This document shows, one piece after another, positions 24,395-29,841 of a DNA stretch of 29,841 nucleotides. Origin of the DNA: a virus (Duplodnaviria > Caudoviricetes); the IMG/VR virus record IMGVR_UViG_3300020441_000016, positions 1 to 29,841 of that record; one strand, 5' to 3'. How positions within the stretch are numbered: position 1 is the first letter of the stretch; every line of letters begins with the position of its first letter. Position numbers and translations under genes: made by a program. The notes under the pieces are model-generated. The model saw only the letters and a program-made list of their open reading frames with translations. It did no database searches and had not been told where the DNA came from.

Positions 24395-27290
24395 GTTTGT
24401 AATATTTAGGTGAAAAGTCTCCTTCCCAACTCACAGCTCTTAGTGTGGATGGTGCAGGGTGTTGAGATTTAAGTGTAATATCTACGTTAGTATTACGTTC
24501 ATATACTGGTATAGTTTTTATAAACTCTTCTATGTATGGTGCATCAGATACATCGTACTCGTCTAACTCTGTAGATTCGTATACTTCTGTATAATCATTT
24601 TTACCAACACGTGATAGAGTTGTTTCATAAAGACCTATCTTACCAAAATGAAGTTTCATTCGGTGAACTACAAGTGATGAATTAACATCAGCTTTAGCTT
24701 GTTGACCTTGAGTCTGTGTTACATAAAATGTAGGAAATAGTACTTTGTATTCATATAAATAACCTACAAAGATTGATGTTCCTGACCAGTCTCCCGGTAA
24801 AGTAAACTCAGTGTTATTTTGTATTGTAGCCTTTGCATAGCGACCTACTCTGGTAGATGCAGTATTAGTATCTATAGCAACTAGATCATAGCTAGGTGTA
24901 GTAACTAAAGGAATCCAACTGTTACCAGTAAATGTAGTTTTATTATCGTTATGATTAAAAGTACCACCAGTTATTGGAATATGATTATCTATATGTAGTA
25001 AATAATCGACATTATCTTGTATAATAAATGGGTCAGATTCTGTTTGTACTAATCTTACTTCTTGTAAGAAATTATCTGTATCTAAAAAGTAGTATTCGTC
25101 ATTAATAACAAAATGATATTTGATTGGATTATTAAATTTCCATCTAAACCAAGCTGATTGTTGACGTTTATCTCCTACGTTAAGATATCTAAATCCTTGT
25201 ACTTCATCTGAGTCAGTTTTACCTATTAATACTAGGTTATTCTCTCTTGAGTTAGTAAATAAGTCTACACCTTTCGGTATTAGTGTAGGAACTACCTGAC
25301 TTTGGTTTACTACGTTAGGTTCTCCTTCTCTAGCAATATTAGCCATCTCCATAAAGCGGCTAAATTTACCAGAATTATCCATATATGCGACTGTCGTACC
25401 TAATGATATAGGACGTATGTTCTTATTATAGTTAAATGTAGATATACTACGTAACTTAGCTGTGTCAGGGTTAAGCACTGTATCGTCAGATGACAGTAAA
25501 AACTGTTGGTTTGTACTAAATACTACAAGACCTGAGTTAATATCTATACCATCAAATAGCTCTGACGGAAAATTAGACGAACATGATATATCAATAGGGT
25601 CGTTTGGACTCACAGTTAACGCTGTTTCAGCAAAGAAATCAGGGCTACCTAGTGTACCCGGGCGACATAATACCACGTTTTCGCCTGCTAAGAAGGCTAA
25701 TCTGTTACGGAAAAAGAGTACTCTATTGATACGCTTGTCTACAAACGATGGAAATGGGTTGGTGTTATCATCACCTATTTCTCTGCTACCATATGTAAAC
25801 TGTTTGATAGTAAATGTAGCTATCTCGGTAGATGTATTTTGGTTAGCTAGAGCAGTTCTTTGTATAACTAACGGCATATTCGTAAGGTCTTTATCTATTC
25901 CCGGCTTGGCACACTCTACCCATGAGCCTGTACCATCTTGACCATTTAGACCATCAAATCGTAGGTAGTAATCATCTTCATCTGATTGTCTTGAATTAGA
26001 TATTTTAACTATATATCCATGCCTACATTGTTTCGGTAGTAGTGACACATCGTTCACGGACGTACCCATACTTCGCATCAAATCATCTTCAACTATCTCT
26101 ACATTAAATGAGGTAGCACTAGACAGGTAGATTCCGTTACCTATAATCTTACCAGTAACACCTGATGGTACGTCTCCAAGAATACCACCTAATACTGTGT
26201 CAGAACTTACTGCTGTTTCAGCATCGAATGGTGTAGGTGTTGGACGTGATAATTTTAGATTAGCTTTTACGGATATAGTTTCATGCTCCATAACCTCTAT
26301 AATATAGGTAGCCGGTGATTCTCCTTTACCAGAGTTACCACTTGTTCCACTACTGGACGAGCCAGATATGGTGCGTCCCTTTGCAGAGTTCATAGTAACA
26401 GTTACCTGATCTCCGAAAGCCCAACCTTCTCCACCATGTAAAAGTATAGCTTGTCTACTGTAAGCACAGGCAAAGTCATCTGGAGAGTCTCCATCAGCAC
26501 CTATGTTACCTTGCTGTCCACGTATGTCAAGTTTAAATATTAGATTGTTTTTACCAGAGGTTACTGTAGTATTATTTACGTCTGTGACTAATACTGTATT
26601 TGTACCAGTATAGTTACTAGCAGCTGTACAAGCAAATGTTTGTATACCTATACCTCTGCATTGTCCAGTACCACCACTTTCATCAAGTGTGTCAGATAGG
26701 ATTTGTATACGTGTAGCTCTAGTAAAACTTGTTTCTGTATTGTTATTATAATAATTCAACCCGTACTGTCTACCATTTTCAGTACGTGTTATTTCAATAA
26801 ACGCAAAATGAGGGTCAGGATTATCTTGTGTTGTACCTGACTTTCCTATTAGTGTATTAGCGTTAGTAGCGTCACGACTATTAACAAAGGTAGTGTCGTT
26901 GATAGTAAGAAATTGTATGTTTTCACTGTTGCTTGTTGCTAGATAATTTTTGATAGCTGCTTCACCACCAGTACCATAGGTAATGTTTTGTTCAGCTCCG
27001 GCATTATCGCCACTAGCTTTCCACATTCTTAGTGTGCCATCTGCGGCTACCTGTCCTATGTAGGACCCTTCCTCTTCGTCACGATGGTAGTGAAACCACG
27101 AACCACCTGTTGCTACGTTGGGTAAAGGGTCAACGCCTACTCTCTTTGCACCCGGTCTTTTGTACAAGCCTTTTGTAATGTCAGGTATTGCATTTTGAAC
27201 ATCTTTAACTTGTCCGGGAAATTTTAATTGATCGGGCTGTTCCGATAAACCCCCAGTAAAACTAGGAATGGTTTGTGTTATGCTTGGCAT
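24387..27290 (-). CDS. Tail tubular protein B (T7 gp12)
   Basis: ITQTIPSFTGGLSEQPD...GLYKRPG, PSFV...FFRNRLAFL, QSAWFRW, WEGDF. Confidence 0.96.
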   Translation of the reverse strand: MPSITQTIPSFTGGLSEQPDQLKFPGQVKDVQNAIPDITKGLYKRPGAKRVGVDPLPNVATGGSWFHYHRDEEEGSYIGQVAADGTLRMWKASGDNAGAEQNITYGTGGEAAIKNYLATSNSENIQFLTINDTTFVNSRDATNANTLIGKSGTTQDNPDPHFAFIEITRTENGRQYGLNYYNNNTETSFTRATRIQILSDTLDESGGTGQCRGIGIQTFACTAASNYTGTNTVLVTDVNNTTVTSGKNNLIFKLDIRGQQGNIGADGDSPDDFACAYSRQAILLHGGEGWAFGDQVTVTMNSAKGRTISGSSSSGTSGNSGKGESPATYIIEVMEHETISVKANLKLSRPTPTPFDAETAVSSDTVLGGILGDVPSGVTGKIIGNGIYLSSATSFNVEIVEDDLMRSMGTSVNDVSLLPKQCRHGYIVKISNSRQSDEDDYYLRFDGLNGQDGTGSWVECAKPGIDKDLTNMPLVIQRTALANQNTSTEIATFTIKQFTYGSREIGDDNTNPFPSFVDKRINRVLFFRNRLAFLAGENVVLCRPGTLGSPDFFAETALTVSPNDPIDISCSSNFPSELFDGIDINSGLVVFSTNQQFLLSSDDTVLNPDTAKLRSISTFNYNKNIRPISLGTTVAYMDNSGKFSRFMEMANIAREGEPNVVNQSQVVPTLIPKGVDLFTNSRENNLVLIGKTDSDEVQGFRYLNVGDKRQQSAWFRWKFNNPIKYHFVINDEYYFLDTDNFLQEVRLVQTESDPFIIQDNVDYLLHIDNHIPITGGTFNHNDNKTTFTGNSWIPLVTTPSYDLVAIDTNTASTRVGRYAKATIQNNTEFTLPGDWSGTSIFVGYLYEYKVLFPTFYVTQTQGQQAKADVNSSLVVHRMKLHFGKIGLYETTLSRVGKNDYTEVYESTELDEYDVSDAPYIEEFIKTIPVYERNTNVDITLKSQHPAPSTLRAVSWEGDFSPKYYKRV

Positions 27291-27907
27291 TATCTTCTAA
27301 GGTTTCTCCAAGGTTGATATGTTTGGTGTACAGTATTTTCTGGGAATCCAAACATGCTGTGATTACCCTGATTACACTCGTACTCCATAAGTGCAGCACG
27401 TGCTAATGATTCTTGTCCTTGCAATAATTTAACAAGGTTAGGGTTTGCAACCAACTGTGTAGCTGCTTTTGTTGACGCTCTATATGTGATATAACGTCTA
27501 AATGGTATAGGTAAGTTTTCAAAGGTGTAAAGTTTTACGACATCTAAGTCGATGGATGTAACGGATGAAAAGTCATCTGTGTGGTTTATCTTGTCATATA
27601 ATCGACCATCACGTCTGACTACATCATACTCTCTACGAGCCCAACCATCAGAGACATCAAGTTGCAGCACATCATTTGATATAGCAATATGTCCATTAGA
27701 ATCTGGTGTAAATGCTACATGCTTTTCTGTGTTAAAATGCCATCCTTCTGCCTGTGTATCTATATTAGCATCTTTTAGTAGATTAAATATAAATGATATT
27801 TCTGGGTTGTCGTAATTAAGTTGTGTGATTGGTGATTGACCTATTGCTCCCAGTATAGTATTTACTGCGGACAATTCTGTGTCGATGTCAATAGTTGTGG
27901 AAGCCAT
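27290..27907 (-). CDS. Tail tubular protein A (T7 gp11)
   Basis: TELSAVNTILGAIGQSP, EGWHFNTE, FENLP..FRRYI. Confidence 0.96.
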   Translation of the reverse strand: MASTTIDIDTELSAVNTILGAIGQSPITQLNYDNPEISFIFNLLKDANIDTQAEGWHFNTEKHVAFTPDSNGHIAISNDVLQLDVSDGWARREYDVVRRDGRLYDKINHTDDFSSVTSIDLDVVKLYTFENLPIPFRRYITYRASTKAATQLVANPNLVKLLQGQESLARAALMEYECNQGNHSMFGFPENTVHQTYQPWRNLRR

Positions 27908-27910
27908 AAG

Positions 27911-27934
27911 AAAAAAGGGGAGCCGAAGCTCCCG
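27911..27934 (-). terminator. Intrinsic terminator after the capsid gene (T-phi equivalent)
   Basis: GGGAGC-TTCG-GCTCCC followed by CTTTTTT. Confidence 0.9.
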
Positions 27935-27947
27935 TATAGAATAAAAA

Positions 27948-29105
27948 TTAAGTTAAAGCTGTAGGCTTAGTTGCTGTTCCGGCGAACAATTCAACAGCAG
28001 CAGCAGGGTTAAGTGCGTCTGCTCCCATAGCTAGGCGACCTAAAATTACGTCACCTTGGTATACAACTGAAATGTCTCCAGATGTTACCTGTACTTGAGG
28101 TCCGATTGCCTCTACAACACCGGCTGCTTCCTTTTGGAAGATTAAGCCGCAGCTGTTTGCGAACTCAGTAGCGTTACCATATGTGTTAACGGTCTTAGTT
28201 GCTGATGCACCGGCTCTCTCGTCTTCCATTCCGGGACCTACAAAGTCACCAGAGTTTCCGGGGTCGTCGATACCGGGGTTTGTTGCAGAACCTGTACCAT
28301 ACTTAGTACCGAAGTTACTAAAGAATGGGATGTTCATAGATTTGTAAATCTTGATGCCTGCAATCTCGATGATGCCATTACCTGTTTGTAATGCGTCACC
28401 TTGCTCGTCCCTATTGATAAGTCCATTAGAACCAACAGCTTGTATTAGTTCGTAGTACTGTCTAGGGTTAAGAACTCCAACTCTTCCGTCGCCAGAAACG
28501 CCTTTCTCGTCTAGTGCAGCAGCTGCATCATAGAAAGCGTTTACAAGAGCAGAAGAATCGTAAGCGTCAGATGCGTTTGTAGATGTACCTACACGAATCT
28601 GTGTTCCACCGGGCTCCTTGAAGTTAGTCTTAGTGATAGGACTAGCTTGTCTAGCAGCCTTTGTTACTGATCTGAAGATTTTTCTGTCATACTTTTCTGC
28701 AAGTGCATAACCAATCTTCTTAGAGATTTCTCCTCTTAGATCGTAGTGTGCTAGTGTTTCATCTAGCTCATAAACAAACGCAGAACTGATTAATAGGTCG
28801 TCGCATGTTATGGTTTTTTCAGCTACTGGAGGTGCTCCATCAGAGTTACCTAGTATGCTGTTGCCGGGTGTATGGTACTCGGCTGTTGTTCTACCTGTGA
28901 AGATGAACTGAAGACTCTTACCGTTAGTAAGTGTTCTCTTCATTACAAGGTCTCTAGCGATTGTATTTCTCTGGAAGCCTTTGAACATCTCTCCACTGAA
29001 CAACTTTAAATATAGTGCTCTTCTTTCTGCTGTAGTAGAAGCGACACCATTATTTGCACCCGGGCTAGTAAGAGCCGTGGTTAGTGTGCTATTTTGTTGT
29101 GCCAT
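27948..29105 (-). CDS. Major capsid protein (T7 gp10)
   Basis: ALYLKLFSGEMF, RTLTNGKSLQF, DDLLISSAFVYELDE, GRLAMGA. Confidence 0.97.
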   Translation of the reverse strand: MAQQNSTLTTALTSPGANNGVASTTAERRALYLKLFSGEMFKGFQRNTIARDLVMKRTLTNGKSLQFIFTGRTTAEYHTPGNSILGNSDGAPPVAEKTITCDDLLISSAFVYELDETLAHYDLRGEISKKIGYALAEKYDRKIFRSVTKAARQASPITKTNFKEPGGTQIRVGTSTNASDAYDSSALVNAFYDAAAALDEKGVSGDGRVGVLNPRQYYELIQAVGSNGLINRDEQGDALQTGNGIIEIAGIKIYKSMNIPFFSNFGTKYGTGSATNPGIDDPGNSGDFVGPGMEDERAGASATKTVNTYGNATEFANSCGLIFQKEAAGVVEAIGPQVQVTSGDISVVYQGDVILGRLAMGADALNPAAAVELFAGTATKPTALT

Positions 29106-29159
29106 TGTTATGGATTGTTAAGGGTTAATATTGCTTTGTACAAATTTTTTCTCGAGATT

Positions 29160-29258
29160 TTGTAGGTCTATCCCTACCGTCTAGACGGCTCAAGGTATCC
29201 GGCTTACCGGGCTTTTGCCAAGTGCAGGGGAGTCCGACTCTGAGGTGCTCCCCGTGCT
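29160..29258 (-). promoter_or_regulatory. Structured non-coding leader upstream of the capsid gene
   Basis: GC-rich hairpins GGGGAG..CTCCCC, CCGG-TAAG-CCGG, CCGTCTAGACGG and GTAGG..CCTAC. Confidence 0.6.
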
Positions 29259-29259
29259 A

Positions 29260-29388
29260 TTAGTAAGAAGGTGTCTCTAATTGAGCTTCATCTTCTTTCT
29301 TTTCTTCAGTTTTGTTTTCTGGTTTTACTTCTGGCTCGGGTGTATACCGAGTTACAAAAGCTCTAACCTGTGAACTTTGATGTGCCAT
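29260..29388 (-). CDS. Small acidic protein, 42 aa (MAHQSSQVRAFVTRYTPEP...)
   Basis: Manual translation; TAATG coupling to the YRG peptide. Confidence 0.7.
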   Translation of the reverse strand: MAHQSSQVRAFVTRYTPEPEVKPENKTEEKKEDEAQLETPSY

Positions 29389-29441
29389 TACTTAATTAGT
29401 TTAGTATAAACAACACCACGGTAAACGTAAGTTACTGTCAT
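29388..29441 (-). CDS. 17-aa YRG peptide (DUF4278-like; MTVTYVYRGVVYTKLIK)
   Basis: GGAGGAG RBS; YRGV-x-Y motif; directly downstream of the riboswitch. Confidence 0.85.
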   Translation of the reverse strand: MTVTYVYRGVVYTKLIK

Positions 29442-29455
29442 AGTCTCCTCCGATA

Positions 29456-29510
29456 CCAAGTCCCCGTTCCATGACTTGATTGCATGCGTCGCTGAAAGCG
29501 ATGAACGGAC
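29456..29510 (-). ncRNA. Downstream-peptide motif / glutamine-II riboswitch
   Basis: CGTTCA-TCGC TTTCA GCGA-CG-CATG...CATG-GAACG-GGG with CAAGTC/GACTTG pseudoknot pairing, upstream of a YRG peptide. Confidence 0.88.
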
Positions 29511-29517
29511 GTAGGAG

Positions 29518-29841
29518 TTAACCTATCTGTGGTGCAGTAAGTGCTACGTTTGTAGACTCAGCTGATGCTAAGTCGAGTGGGAAGTTGTGTGCATTACGCT
29601 CGTGCATAACCTCGAATCCAAGGTTAGCTCTGTTTACAACGTCTGCCCAAGTAGGAACAATCTTTCCGTTGGCATCAACGATTGACTGATTAAAGTTAAA
29701 ACCATTAAGGTTGAAAGCCATGGTGCAGATACCCATTGAGGTGAGCCATATGCCAACCACGGGCCAAGTAGCCAAAAAGAAATGTAAGCTACGAGAATTA
29801 TTAAAAGAAGCATATTGGAAAATAAGTCTGCCGAAGTAACC
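29518..29841 (-). CDS. psbA: Photosystem II D1 protein, C-terminal 107 aa (5' part outside the window)
   Basis: [23 protein letters not shown]...[14 protein letters not shown]; WLTSMGIC and ANGKIVPTW are Prochlorococcus/phage-type. Confidence 0.99.
   Translation of the reverse strand, partial: GYFGRLIFQYASFNNSRSLHFFLATWPVVGIWLTSMGICTMAFNLNGFNFNQSIVDANGKIVPTWADVVNRANLGFEVMHERNAHNFPLDLASAESTNVALTAPQIG

Larger units (their letters stand above)
1..29841 (-). mobile_element. T7-like cyanopodovirus genome segment (late structural/packaging genes joined across the probable genome end to early genes)
   Basis: Collinear T7-type order (capsid, tail A/B, gp13-16, gp17, small and large terminase), phage-type psbA, all genes co-oriented and tightly coupled by TAATG/ATGA overlaps. 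Confidence 0.96.

Noticed and set aside
985-27815. Plus-strand ORFs in the track (e.g. 985-1212, 5291-5476, 15992-16495, 17488-17916, 25462-25941)
   Set aside because: Antisense shadows of well-supported minus-strand genes, with no motifs or RBS; the genome is otherwise unidirectional
27935-28000. T7 10B-type frameshift extension of the capsid protein
   Set aside because: No clear slippery heptamer near the 3' end, and only about 40 nt separate the stop from the tail A gene

Overview
This window is about 30 kb of a T7-like marine cyanopodovirus (Autographiviridae-type). The host is most likely Prochlorococcus, judging by the D1 sequence. Essentially all genes are on the minus strand. In transcription order (right to left) it carries: the 3' end of psbA; a Downstream-peptide/glutamine-II riboswitch with its 17-aa YRG peptide; a structured leader and the major capsid gene with a cUUCGg terminator; tail tubular A and B; internal virion proteins gp13-16 (gp14 has a C-terminal S74-type autocleaving chaperone domain); a gp17-type fibre/adaptor; a 1064-aa fibre with a cupredoxin-like motif and RCC1-like repeats; a cluster of small membrane/secreted proteins; the small terminase; an insert of HNH-like and unknown genes including a ~620-aa toxin-like protein; and the large terminase. 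The assembly then crosses a repeat-rich non-coding stretch, the probable genome-end junction, into the early region. The early region has four sigma70-type promoters, a DUF3574/SAM-lyase-like gene, acidic DNA-mimic candidates, an apparently leaderless pyrimidine-dimer glycosylase gene, an intact tRNA-Asp(GUC) and a DUF1281 gene. By eye, CCAGC/CCAGG (GCTGG/CCTGG) are absent throughout the window. All family assignments come from motif recognition and gene order, not from database searches.
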